Shown: positions 40,660-49,761 of the stretch, one piece after another
Layout: the number at the start of each line of letters is the position of its first letter
Position numbering within the stretch: the first letter of the stretch is position 1
Origin: a virus
Virus record (IMG/VR): IMGVR_UViG_2922401287_000007
Length of the DNA stretch: 64,000 nucleotides
Reading direction: 5' to 3' (one strand)
Made by a program: the position numbers and the translations under genes
The notes under the pieces: model-generated
What the model saw: the letters and a program-made list of their open reading frames with translations, nothing else
What the model was told of the DNA's origin: nothing
Databases searched by the model: none

Positions 40660-42040
40660 CGCGGTCGCCCTTTTCTGGAGGCGGTGGCTTGGCATCGTCA
40701 TTCGCGGCAGCAGCAGCAGCGGGCGGTGCGGCTGGTGGAGCTGGAGCTGCCGGAATCTTGTCAACGGCACTGAGCGGAACGACTTGCTGCTGCACGCGCG
40801 GCTCGTCGCCAAATTTGACGGCATCGAGGCCCTCGGTCTGACGGGCTTCATTGGGAGCATAGATGCCGCCCTGAACACCACGCGCCAGCGCTTCGATGCG
40901 GTCTTTCAACGCCGAGCGCAGCAGCGCCGCCGTATCGAACTCGACATACTCGTCGGGCTGGCCTTTGAGACCGAACAGCAGCCCGATGGATTCCTCGATG
41001 TGGTTGAGCGCGAAGCCGAGGCCGGACGCGATCCAGCTCTGCATCAGCAGCTCGGTCGATGAAAGGTTGTTGCCGCCGATGCCGAGCACCTGCAGCGGAA
41101 TGCGGAAGGCGAGCGCGATGTGCTCATTCGACAGCTTCAGCATGTCGGCAGTCGCAGCATCCTTGCCGCCCTGCGCCCATGGCTGCACCTTCAGGCCTGC
41201 GGTCAGGATCGGCGTGCCGCCCTGATGCAGCCCTCGCGCCTGCTCGTTCCAGCGGTCGCGCAGCGCCTGGACCTGATCCTTGTCGAGCACCAGATCGGTC
41301 GAGAGCACCGCCGAGGGCCGCGCCTCGTTCATGTAGAACCTGAGTTGCTGCTGCGCGATGGCCGCGCCCATGCCGACATCGCTATAGGCCGCGACAATCG
41401 GCGACTCACCGACCAGCGGAGTCGGGAAGCGCTGGCGCTGGGTGTGCAGCCGGATGTGCAGCACGTCGCGCGCTGGCACGATCAGCGCCTCTTCGCCGAG
41501 CCGCCTGCTGATGATGTCATTGCCGCCGAGCTGATAGAAAATATCGCCGGTCGTCGCCAGCCGTGGATAGGACAGGCGCGGGTTCATCAGATGCAGCTCG
41601 TTGATCTCATAGCGGTCATTGCGCAGCGCCAGCGCATAGGCATTGCCGTCGAGATAGAGCGAGCGCGTGCCGTTCAGCAGGAAGTCGCTGATCGATTGAT
41701 AGTCGTTGGGATGGCGCAGGATACGGGACAGGGCCGAATTGGTGATCCGGTCCCGCCCGTTTTTCGCATTGAGCCGCCAATGATCGCCGGGGCACATCGC
41801 GACCGTTTGCGCATAGGCCGAGACGCAGGCCTCGACCATTGCCGATTGCGACGACAGCGACAGAACATCATAGCCGTTCTGCCACCAGTTGATGGAGTTG
41901 CCGACATCGGCTGGCAACCATCCTCCGGTGACAGGAAGAAACCACGGCCCCGCATGCGCTTCGCCTTCGGCTTTGGACACAAGCGCAGTGCTGCGTCCTG
42001 CCTTGATTCGCACGCGAGGCTTGGCGGCGGTCTCGGTCAT
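40586..42040 (-). CDS. HK97-family portal protein
   Basis: LYLDGNAY, DVLHIR, GESPI, EHIALAFRIP and PNEARQTEGL motifs. Confidence 0.93.
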   Translation of the reverse strand: MTETAAKPRVRIKAGRSTALVSKAEGEAHAGPWFLPVTGGWLPADVGNSINWWQNGYDVLSLSSQSAMVEACVSAYAQTVAMCPGDHWRLNAKNGRDRITNSALSRILRHPNDYQSISDFLLNGTRSLYLDGNAYALALRNDRYEINELHLMNPRLSYPRLATTGDIFYQLGGNDIISRRLGEEALIVPARDVLHIRLHTQRQRFPTPLVGESPIVAAYSDVGMGAAIAQQQLRFYMNEARPSAVLSTDLVLDKDQVQALRDRWNEQARGLHQGGTPILTAGLKVQPWAQGGKDAATADMLKLSNEHIALAFRIPLQVLGIGGNNLSSTELLMQSWIASGLGFALNHIEESIGLLFGLKGQPDEYVEFDTAALLRSALKDRIEALARGVQGGIYAPNEARQTEGLDAVKFGDEPRVQQQVVPLSAVDKIPAAPAPPAAPPAAAAAANDDAKPPPPEKGDRDAIQREVRSLIASADRIGRRRLSS

Positions 42041-42384
42041 TCGTGCTTCGCACCCGCCGTGTCATGTTTCCCGGCAGGTGCCGGGGCCGATGTCCGCGTC
42101 GAGTAGTCGCCGCGCTGAGCAGGTTGCGGCGACGGCTTGGTCACGCGGGTCTGGTGATGCGGCGACGGCTGACCGGGCGGCGGCGCATTCGGATCGGGCG
42201 GCGATCCATCCGGCTCGTGCTCGTCGAGATGCTCGCCCTCTGCCGCGAGGTCATTCTCCTCCTGCGTCGGCGTCGGCTTTGCATTGGCCATCGCCTCGCG
42301 TTGCTCGGCCTGCTTCTTTTCGCGGGCCGCCTTCTCGTCAGCGAGCCGCTTCTTGGTGGCTTCGACCTTGTCGGTGTCGGTCAT
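42037..42384 (-). CDS. Conserved hypothetical head-region protein
   Basis: KPTPTQEEND motif. Confidence 0.55.
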   Translation of the reverse strand: MTDTDKVEATKKRLADEKAAREKKQAEQREAMANAKPTPTQEENDLAAEGEHLDEHEPDGSPPDPNAPPPGQPSPHHQTRVTKPSPQPAQRGDYSTRTSAPAPAGKHDTAGAKHE

Positions 42385-42416
42385 GTCTGAGGTCTCCTTT
42401 CGAGAGAGTGGACCGC

Positions 42417-44516
42417 TTACCAAGTGACGCCGCTGACGACAGCGACGACGCCGGGGCGGCGGATGGTCCAGTTGATCGGCAGGATCAGCCGCAGCGCGAG
42501 GCTGTCGGTCTGCCAGAGCGACTTGACCGGGGTTGCAGGGGTGCCAGGCGCAGCGCCACTGACGATGTCGGCGGGCGCGGTGTCTTCCAAGTGCAGCGTG
42601 GCTTGATCGCTGATCTCGAAGCGCGGGGCTTCGCCACCGACCGCAACGAAGTCTGCGGCATCGATCACGACCACCTCACCGAGCGGCACGGTGCCGGAAT
42701 CGATGATCGGCCAGCCGCCGAGCTGGCCTCGGCTGACTTCCTCGCGGAACGGGAAGGCACCGACGCCCGGAGCCGCCGTCAGCGAGATGCTGTTGACCTG
42801 CTGCGGGTTCATCAGCCAAGCCGGATTGCGCACGTTGCCCTTGGTGCCAGTGAGCAAGGCACCAGTGAGCTGCTTGATGTCGCCGACCAGCGCACCGAAG
42901 CCGCCGCCTGCAGTAGGCGTCAGCGGGGTGATGCCGTTCAGGATACCGGGCGGCCGGATCAACGTCGCCGGGTTGGTGTCGAGCAGGATGCTATCGAGCG
43001 AGATCGCGGTGTCCTGCGAGATCGCATCGCGCAGCAGGCCTTCGATGGCGGGCACGGAGTGCTCATCGATCTCCTTGGTCCAAGTGGTGATGACCGCCAT
43101 CTTCTTGGGCGTCAGGGTCTGCGACGTGAATGCGCCCTGACGAACCGGGATCGGCATGCCTTCGCCGACGAACGAGCCAGCGATGGTCGGCGTCAGCGAG
43201 CGGGTCGGAATGATGATCCTGCCGTTGCGGCCGAACTCCAGCGAGAGCCCGAGCGAGGACAGACGCGGGAAGACCGACTTCGGCATCAGCGTCTGCATGA
43301 AGTCGGTAACGATCTGCTGCACCAGCTCGGCGGCCCAGCCGGTGACCGTGGTCATGGCAGGAGCCGTTGCCGCGCGGGTTGCCCAATCGAGCACGGCGCG
43401 CGTCTGCTCGTCGTCGCCGTAAATTTCGCGCATCATGGCATCGACAGGCTTGCGATGGATGTGAGCGAACAGCTGCACGGTGCCAGCGCGCACCAGCAGC
43501 TCAATCGGCTCGACCTTCTTTTTCGGAAGGTTGAACGGCCTCGCGGGCTGATGCGTCGTCGCCGCCGTTGCGCCGCGCGACAGTACGACAGTGCGGCCAT
43601 CGTCGGACTGTTGGCCGAGGCTCTTCTCGGTACCGCGCAGGGCTTCGAGCGTTTTCTCTTCCCGCTCGATCTTCTCATTGAGGTCAGTGGCGATCTTCAG
43701 CTGATCGTCGCTGACATTGGTCTCGTCGGTCTTTTCCCAATGTGCAGCAAGCTGATCGCGCAGCGCGTTGACGCGCTGTTCGGCAGCGATAATCCTTTGA
43801 GCAAACGACATTGTCGTGCCCTTTCTACCAGTCGATGAATTGTCGGCTTGCCCGCCAGTGATCCCGCGCCGCTTGATGCCGTCCGTTGCGCCTTTCCCGG
43901 CGAAGACGAGATCGATTGTTGCGGGGGAAAGTTTCAGAGCCTTGGCGACCGCGAGCGCATTCGGATTCGCGGGCACCGAGACGACGCTGGTCTCGACCAG
44001 CTCGCTCTTGGTGAAGAAAACTCCGTAGTCGGATTCGGCGCGCGGCTTGCTCTCCTTCGGCCTGAAGCCGACCGAGACGGCGCGCAGGATGTCGGCCTCG
44101 ATCAGCCGTCTGATCTCATCGATGCGATCCGAGGTGCCATCCGGGGCCAGCTCCAGAGTGCCGCGCAGCTGCTTGTCCACGACGCGGACATTTTTCCACT
44201 TGCCAATCGGGAAGCTGCTTTGATGGCCGAACAGCGCAATCGGATTTCTCTTGAAGTTCGACAGGTCCCAGCCGTCCGACATGATGACATCGTCCATGCG
44301 GTCGGGCGTCTCATCAGAGAGCACGAACTCGAGACCGTTGACCTTGGCGGCGGTGGTCTTGAAGCGGATGCCCTCGGCGGCGCGGTTGTCCCAGATGATC
44401 TGACAGACATCCTCGTCGCCGATCCCGTCCGAGCAGCGATCCATGAAGTCCTCATAGGACTCGTCGTCGTCGGGCTTGATGTCCTGCCGCGTCAGGTTCT
44501 GGTTGCGCTTCAGCAT
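42417..44516 (-). CDS. Fused HK97 prohead protease and major capsid protein
   Basis: LFGHQ and AVSVGFRP...ETSVVSVPANPNA; capsid part likely from MSFAQRI (43811) ending WTIRRPGVVAVV. Confidence 0.9.
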   Translation of the reverse strand: MLKRNQNLTRQDIKPDDDESYEDFMDRCSDGIGDEDVCQIIWDNRAAEGIRFKTTAAKVNGLEFVLSDETPDRMDDVIMSDGWDLSNFKRNPIALFGHQSSFPIGKWKNVRVVDKQLRGTLELAPDGTSDRIDEIRRLIEADILRAVSVGFRPKESKPRAESDYGVFFTKSELVETSVVSVPANPNALAVAKALKLSPATIDLVFAGKGATDGIKRRGITGGQADNSSTGRKGTTMSFAQRIIAAEQRVNALRDQLAAHWEKTDETNVSDDQLKIATDLNEKIEREEKTLEALRGTEKSLGQQSDDGRTVVLSRGATAATTHQPARPFNLPKKKVEPIELLVRAGTVQLFAHIHRKPVDAMMREIYGDDEQTRAVLDWATRAATAPAMTTVTGWAAELVQQIVTDFMQTLMPKSVFPRLSSLGLSLEFGRNGRIIIPTRSLTPTIAGSFVGEGMPIPVRQGAFTSQTLTPKKMAVITTWTKEIDEHSVPAIEGLLRDAISQDTAISLDSILLDTNPATLIRPPGILNGITPLTPTAGGGFGALVGDIKQLTGALLTGTKGNVRNPAWLMNPQQVNSISLTAAPGVGAFPFREEVSRGQLGGWPIIDSGTVPLGEVVVIDAADFVAVGGEAPRFEISDQATLHLEDTAPADIVSGAAPGTPATPVKSLWQTDSLALRLILPINWTIRRPGVVAVVSGVTW

Positions 44517-44579
44517 GACTCGGCCCTCCCGCAGGCTGCAGGTTGGTTGGATCGATGGGGTGCGAAGGATGAGGAGCGG

Positions 44580-44924
44580 CTAGGCCGCTGTTTCGACCGC
44601 GATGGCGAACTTGGTCTCGGTCTTCTGATCGATTGGATGGGCGCGCGTGCCCGAGCGCAGCTTCAGCCAAGCGATGGCGCGGGCCCAGTTCTCGTGGATG
44701 ATGATGGTGCTGTTCGGCCTTGCGACGATGGTGATCTCCTCGCCGTTGGCACCGTAGAGATCGTTGTAAAGATTGCCGTCGCTGGAGGCCTGCAGCGTCA
44801 GATTCGCAGGCGTGAACTCCTGCGGCACGGTGATGCGGACGATCTCGCCAGCGGAGCAATCCACGCCATCGGAAAGCGCTTCGCCTTCGGCAATGGTCGG
44901 GCCGTCGATGACTTGCAGCGGCAT
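44580..44924 (-). CDS. Phage hypothetical protein
   Basis: MPLQVIDGPTIAEGEALSDGVD. Confidence 0.6.
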   Translation of the reverse strand: MPLQVIDGPTIAEGEALSDGVDCSAGEIVRITVPQEFTPANLTLQASSDGNLYNDLYGANGEEITIVARPNSTIIIHENWARAIAWLKLRSGTRAHPIDQKTETKFAIAVETAA

Positions 44925-44937
44925 AGCGGTCTCCTTT

Positions 44938-45249
44938 TCAGCGGTGGCGATTGGCGGGATGGTTCGGATCGGTCGGCCAGCCATCGGCATCGACTGCGAT
45001 GTCGAAGCCGCGCGCCTCGATCTGCTGCTTGGTCGAGCTATGGCAGGGCGAGCAGAGACTCTGCAGCTCGCCCAGGCAGAACAGATTCCAGCTTCCGCGA
45101 TGCGGCTTGACGTGATCGACATGCGTGGCCGCCGTGACGATGCCGTCTGCCGCGCAGAACTTGCACAGCGGATGCGCGAGCAGCTGCTGCCTGCGGCGGC
45201 GCTGCCAGAAAGCGGTGTCGTAGAAATGTTTCCAGCTCTCGCGGCTCAT
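44938..45249 (-). CDS. HNH endonuclease (packaging cofactor)
   Basis: PLCKFC...HVDHVKPH...LQSLCSPCH. Confidence 0.9.
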   Translation of the reverse strand: MSRESWKHFYDTAFWQRRRRQQLLAHPLCKFCAADGIVTAATHVDHVKPHRGSWNLFCLGELQSLCSPCHSSTKQQIEARGFDIAVDADGWPTDPNHPANRHR

Positions 45250-46820
45250 CCGATCAGCGCCTCGATATCGACTGGCTTGATGTTGCGATCTCTCGCGCGC
45301 AGCCCGAGCAGCATCGAGAGCGCTACCGCGCCGTCGATCCGAAACCGCGCCTTGTCCTTGTCCAGCTTGCGATTGCCAGCGGGATCGCTGGTGGCGACCG
45401 CGTTTGCCATGTTCCAGTTCAGCACCGGATTGTTCGGATGGATCAGCTGGCGCTCGATCACGGCCAGCTCCAACGCATCGATAGCGGGGCCCATATCCCT
45501 GTAGCCTTGGCCCCAAGGCACCAGCCGCAGGCCGTCGCCGCCTTTTTCGCAGTCCTCGTAAGCCTGCAGCCCGATGCGGTCGAACTCGCGCAGGATGTAA
45601 TCCATGTGCCAGCGATCATAGGCCATGCCCTTGATGCGATAGCGCTGCGACATCTCAGCGATGAAGAGCGCGACCGCTTCGGGGTTGATCGTCTTGCCGG
45701 GGCTGTCATGCAGGCGGCCAGCTTCGGCCCACTCGCGGTAGCGATGCGAGCCCGAGCCGAAGTCGCGGCTTGAATGTTCGATCAGCTTGTCGCGCGGCTT
45801 CCAGAAATGTGGCTCGATGCGGCAGGGATCGCTAACCGAGCCGATCATCAGCGCGGTGAGATCGACGGTGCTCGACAGATCGAGCGAGAGATAGACTTCC
45901 TCGCCATCCTGCAGCTTGCTCTCGCCCGCGCAGGCCTTCCATTCGGCGCGGCTGATCAGCGAGGCGTGCGGCGAGACGCGCTGAGTCAGGAAAAGGTTGC
46001 GAACCTTCGGCTCCTCGGCGGGCATTCTGATCGCCTTGCGGATCGATGTCGCAAGGTCCTCATAGTCGCGGAATTTGGCGAGTGCCGGATTCGCCTTGTG
46101 CCATTGCTTCTCGTCGCCCAGCTCGCACTCCTCATCGGCGGCGTAGAGATGGCAGACGATGGCCGGATCGACGCCCGAGATTCCATCGTCGATCAACTTC
46201 GACATGATGTGCTCGGGATCGTTGCTCTGCGTCGAGATCACGATGAACAGCGGCTCATCGCGAGCGCCGAAGGAAGTATCGAGCACGTCATAGAGGTCGC
46301 GGTTCTTCGCCTGGGCCAGCTCGTCATAGATCACGAGGCTCGGCAGATAGCCGTGCTTGGTGCCAGCCTCGGCAGAGATCGCGCGATAGACCGAGCCGGT
46401 GCGCCGCGCGATCATGGTCTTGGTCGAGGGCACCAGCTCGATCATCTGGCCCAGCTCGGGATCGAGATCGACCATCTGGCGCGCAAATTTGTAGACGATG
46501 GCGGCCTGATCCCGATCATTCGCGGCGGAATAAATTTCGCCGTGGACGATAGCCTCGGGGCCGACCAGATGCGCGAGCACGATGGCCGCGATCAGCGCGG
46601 TCTTGCCATTCTTGCGCGCCATCGAGAGGATCGCGCGCCGCACTACGCGCCGCAGCTTCAGCTGGGGTTCATAGACGGCGCGGATGAACAGCTTCTGGAA
46701 CGGCTCCAGCTTGAAGGGCTCGCCTTGGCCCTTGCCCGAGGGCACGGTAAGTTTCTCGATAAACTTGATGACCGCCGTTGCGCGAGCCCTGTCGCGCCTA
46801 GCCTGCGATGAGTCCTGCAA
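45246..46820 (-). CDS. terL: Terminase large subunit
   Basis: MARKNGKT Walker A, VIYDELA Walker B and RIDGAVAL. Confidence 0.95.
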   Translation of the reverse strand: MQDSSQARRDRARATAVIKFIEKLTVPSGKGQGEPFKLEPFQKLFIRAVYEPQLKLRRVVRRAILSMARKNGKTALIAAIVLAHLVGPEAIVHGEIYSAANDRDQAAIVYKFARQMVDLDPELGQMIELVPSTKTMIARRTGSVYRAISAEAGTKHGYLPSLVIYDELAQAKNRDLYDVLDTSFGARDEPLFIVISTQSNDPEHIMSKLIDDGISGVDPAIVCHLYAADEECELGDEKQWHKANPALAKFRDYEDLATSIRKAIRMPAEEPKVRNLFLTQRVSPHASLISRAEWKACAGESKLQDGEEVYLSLDLSSTVDLTALMIGSVSDPCRIEPHFWKPRDKLIEHSSRDFGSGSHRYREWAEAGRLHDSPGKTINPEAVALFIAEMSQRYRIKGMAYDRWHMDYILREFDRIGLQAYEDCEKGGDGLRLVPWGQGYRDMGPAIDALELAVIERQLIHPNNPVLNWNMANAVATSDPAGNRKLDKDKARFRIDGAVALSMLLGLRARDRNIKPVDIEALIG

Positions 46821-47289
46821 ATTTGCTCTGCGAATTGGTAGCCTGCGAGCCCGCGCTGATGCGGCTGCGCGCCGCTGGCGTCAGGCCGAACTCGGCGGCG
46901 AAGCGCACCACATCGCCCGCATGCTTGCGCACGATGGAGACCAGCGGATTGACGGCGGCATCGCCGTACTTGGTCTTGATGATCATGCCGTTCATCAGCG
47001 GATCATTGCTCTGCATCCGCGCCAGCGATTCCGAGGCCATCCGCCATTGCCCGAAAGCGTGGCAGTAGCAGGCGAGCGCGGGGACATCGACTTTCGTCAG
47101 CAGGCCGAGCCGATGCAGCTCGGTCGCGGTGATCCACCACTCATCGGCGGCATAGCCGGTGATGAAGGTCGGCGGCTCGGGGACATCCGGCAGCTGCTCG
47201 GGCTGCGGCTCATCGTGCAGCTTGCGCTGGCCTGGATTCCCGCGCAGCAGCTTCAGATGCGTCGGTAGCGGTCGCTTGCCGGGTTTCAT
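46798..47289 (-). CDS. terS: Terminase small subunit (P27 family), in frame with the upstream mom-like ORF
   Basis: AGAGGA RBS; MKPGKRPLPTHLKLLRGNPG...FGLTPAARSRI. Confidence 0.9.
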   Translation of the reverse strand: MKPGKRPLPTHLKLLRGNPGQRKLHDEPQPEQLPDVPEPPTFITGYAADEWWITATELHRLGLLTKVDVPALACYCHAFGQWRMASESLARMQSNDPLMNGMIIKTKYGDAAVNPLVSIVRKHAGDVVRFAAEFGLTPAARSRISAGSQATNSQSKFAGLIAG

Positions 47290-48036
47290 TTCCATTCCTC
47301 TCTGTCGCTGGAGCGTGGGGATCGGTGCTGCGCCGTCGCTGTGCCGGTTGGAGCCAGCCATCGCCTGCTTCCCACGCACGCCGCGATACATGGTTGCGCC
47401 GCGCGCCTCGATTGCGCTGTAGGGCAGCGGCTCGCCGACGAGGCGAGCGCGAGCCGCCGGATTGAGAAAATAGATGTAGCGCAGCGTGTGGCCTTCGAGC
47501 GTCGGGCCGGTGCCGCGCCATCGCCCGCCCGTCGCCGCCAGATGCTGCAGCTTATTGCGCCCGGTGATCTGGCTCATCTTGTGAATGATGCTGCCGTCCT
47601 CGGCGATGTGCAGGTCCTTGTTGATCTTGATCGCGGTGAGCAGGAAGCCCGCCGCGCGATAGATCGTGCCGTCGCCGCATTGGCAGGCATCGGCGAAAGA
47701 GATGATCCATTCGATATGCGGGTAGTTCTTCCTGATCATGCGCAGCGCGATGCCGAGCGCGCGGCTTTCCGAATTGCGCGGCAGCGCATCGGTGAAGGCG
47801 AGCCGGTTCAATTCGAGGAAGCCGTTCCAGCCGGTATCGCGGACCAGATGCACGATGTTCGACTTCTGCAGGCTGGGCCCCAATTGCATCGCGCCCTCCA
47901 GCATGCCGTGCAGGAAGACGCCGAGCGACAGCTTCGAATTGCGAACGACCTTGCCGCTGTAATGGACGCGCCGGATCAGCGCGTCAGCATCGCGCTTGGC
48001 GATGGGGCGGACCTCGATCTCTTTCGCGCTGGTCAT
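46798..48036 (-). CDS. Mom-family adenine hypermodification (GNAT-like) protein, read through into TerS
   Basis: RVHYSGK, LELNRLAFTDALPRNSESRAL and IISFADACQCGDGTIYRAAGF motifs; no stop before terS. Confidence 0.8.
   Translation of the reverse strand: MTSAKEIEVRPIAKRDADALIRRVHYSGKVVRNSKLSLGVFLHGMLEGAMQLGPSLQKSNIVHLVRDTGWNGFLELNRLAFTDALPRNSESRALGIALRMIRKNYPHIEWIISFADACQCGDGTIYRAAGFLLTAIKINKDLHIAEDGSIIHKMSQITGRNKLQHLAATGGRWRGTGPTLEGHTLRYIYFLNPAARARLVGEPLPYSAIEARGATMYRGVRGKQAMAGSNRHSDGAAPIPTLQRQRGMEMKPGKRPLPTHLKLLRGNPGQRKLHDEPQPEQLPDVPEPPTFITGYAADEWWITATELHRLGLLTKVDVPALACYCHAFGQWRMASESLARMQSNDPLMNGMIIKTKYGDAAVNPLVSIVRKHAGDVVRFAAEFGLTPAARSRISAGSQATNSQSKFAGLIAG
47309..47377 (-). ncRNA. Atypical tRNA(Gly)-like element inside the mom ORF
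   Basis: GCGTGGG/CCCACGC 7-bp acceptor stem, U discriminator and CCA; GCTGG-CTCCAA-CCGGC arm; GACGG-CGCAGCA-CCG(A)TC arm. Confidence 0.65.
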
Positions 48037-48230
48037 TCGCGCCGCAGCACTTCAAGGGTCATGCCCGCGCCGAGCACGATGAGGCCGACGCTCTCGGGGA
48101 TCAGCTTGCGGAAGTGATCCTCGATCCATCTGGCCTGCTCGCGGCTCAGCACCTGATCGCATTTCACGACCAGTCGGTCGCCCTCGCGCAGCTCCAGCTT
48201 TGCAATTTCAAATCTGGTGGTTTCGGTCAT
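48033..48230 (-). CDS. Small hypothetical protein (65 aa)
   Basis: ATGA overlaps on both sides; KLELREGDRLVVK. Confidence 0.65.
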   Translation of the reverse strand: MTETTRFEIAKLELREGDRLVVKCDQVLSREQARWIEDHFRKLIPESVGLIVLGAGMTLEVLRRE

Positions 48231-48859
48231 CGGTCGTCCTGGTACGCGCGGCAAATTTCCGCCAGCGCGTTGCCGTTCTGGTTTTTGTTTTCCGAGGCCT
48301 CGCTCGGCGGTCCGAGGATCGCCGATGCGCGCTCTATCGCCTTCGCTACCAGCTCGGCCTGCGTCTCGTGCAGGATGAAGGTCATCTGCTGGAAGGGCGA
48401 GCGCTCGCCGTCGCTGATGATCGGCATGCCGCCAAGGCCTTCGACGCCTATGCCCATCTCGCGCAGCTCGGTCTCGCTGAAGCCAGTCAGATCGGCGAGG
48501 CCGAGCGAGGCGAGGTCGTTCAATTCGACGCGCAGCAGCGCATCGTCCCACTTGCCGTTCTCGGTCAGCTTGTTGTCGGCGATCAGATAGGCCCGCTTCT
48601 GCGCATCTGACCAGCCGCGAGCTACCATCGTCGGCACCTGATCGATGCCCAACTGCTCCGCAGCCAGCACTCTCCCGTGGCCAGCTATGATCGACCCGGC
48701 TTCATCGATCAGCACCGGGATGGTCCAGCCCCACTCGCTGATCGAGGCCGCGATCTGCTCGATCTGCTCCTCGGAATGCAGGCGGGCGTTGCGGGCGTTC
48801 GGCACCAGCTCGCTGATCGGGCGGCGCGATACCTGATCCGCAGGCCAGTTCCGGGCTAT
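48227..48859 (-). CDS. ParB/Srx-like N-terminal domain protein of the DNA-modification cluster
   Basis: NARNARLHSEEQIEQIAASI, IIAGHGR and IADNKL motifs; best RBS precedes ATA at 48859, so the start is uncertain. Confidence 0.8.
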   Translation of the reverse strand: MARNWPADQVSRRPISELVPNARNARLHSEEQIEQIAASISEWGWTIPVLIDEAGSIIAGHGRVLAAEQLGIDQVPTMVARGWSDAQKRAYLIADNKLTENGKWDDALLRVELNDLASLGLADLTGFSETELREMGIGVEGLGGMPIISDGERSPFQQMTFILHETQAELVAKAIERASAILGPPSEASENKNQNGNALAEICRAYQDDR

Positions 48860-49451
48860 TTCGGACCCTCCGAAATGGCTGTTTTTGTCGGGACAAACGC
48901 CCTTTTTGCTCGACTGCTGCATTCCGGCTCCCATGGTCACGCCACTGAAAACGCTGCGTTTTTGGCGTTGAGAAGGATCTTCCACGCGGCAACGTGATAC
49001 CGATGGAAAGGGCCGTTTTGATCAGTAAGTTAGCCGGGATCGCTTCCTGCTAACTGCGTCAGGTTCGGAGCGGTATTTTCGGAGCAAGCCTATGATCATA
49101 TTGCAGATTTTGCAGGCGGAGAACTTTCGTCCTTGAGCGTTTTCTGAATGTGCAGGCGCTAATTTTGGAGCGCCGCCAGCGCTCGGACCCGTCTCGCCAA
49201 CAGTTAGCGATCCTCCCCCGGCCCCCGTGGCATATTATTCCCCCATGTTTTCAATTGGTTAGATCGCATTCGAGGCGCGAACGATGCGAATGCATGGTCA
49301 AATTCGGACTACCGGAAGGCCCAGACCGGGCCCAAACGGCCTGATCTGGCTCTCCTTGCGCCCCGTTCACTCGCAATAGAACCAACTTCCACGCAAATAG
49401 CGTCGCTGTATCAATGGCTTGTGGCTACCATTCGGAGCCCACGATGGGGCA

Positions 49452-49691
49452 TCAGCGCGGAGCCACCAGCTTGCTGCGGACCTCCTCGCAGCTCTCTGAC
49501 ACAGTGACGAACTTGCCATCGGTAAGGCCGATCATGCAGTGGACCTCACTGGTGAAGAACTTGCTCTGCTGATCGGCCTCGCGTGAGGCGCGCAGGGTGG
49601 TGACCTGATCCGGGTTGATCTCGACCGCATACCCATCAGGGCCATGGAACGAGACGAGGCGCAGCGCGACGACGGCAGCAAGCAGGATCAT
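49452..49691 (-). CDS. FlbD-like small protein
   Basis: VEINPDQVTTL...DGKFVTVSESCEEV. Confidence 0.5.
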   Translation of the reverse strand: MILLAAVVALRLVSFHGPDGYAVEINPDQVTTLRASREADQQSKFFTSEVHCMIGLTDGKFVTVSESCEEVRSKLVAPR

Positions 49692-49761
49692 TCAGCAGCC
49701 CTTGCAAATGTCCGGTGGTGGCGGCTCAGCTGGCGGCAGCGCATCAAACCGCGACTGCTTC

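Noticed and set aside
47309-47377. Canonical decoding tRNA-Gly or tRNA-Trp, or an att-site tRNA remnant
   Set aside because: The 6-nt anticodon loop, missing TTC and reduced D-arm argue against a decoding tRNA, and it lies mid-operon rather than at a prophage edge; kept as tRNA-like only
48227-48985. ParB as a plasmid partition gene (phage-plasmid)
   Set aside because: No ParA or RepABC nearby; the context is DNA modification and packaging
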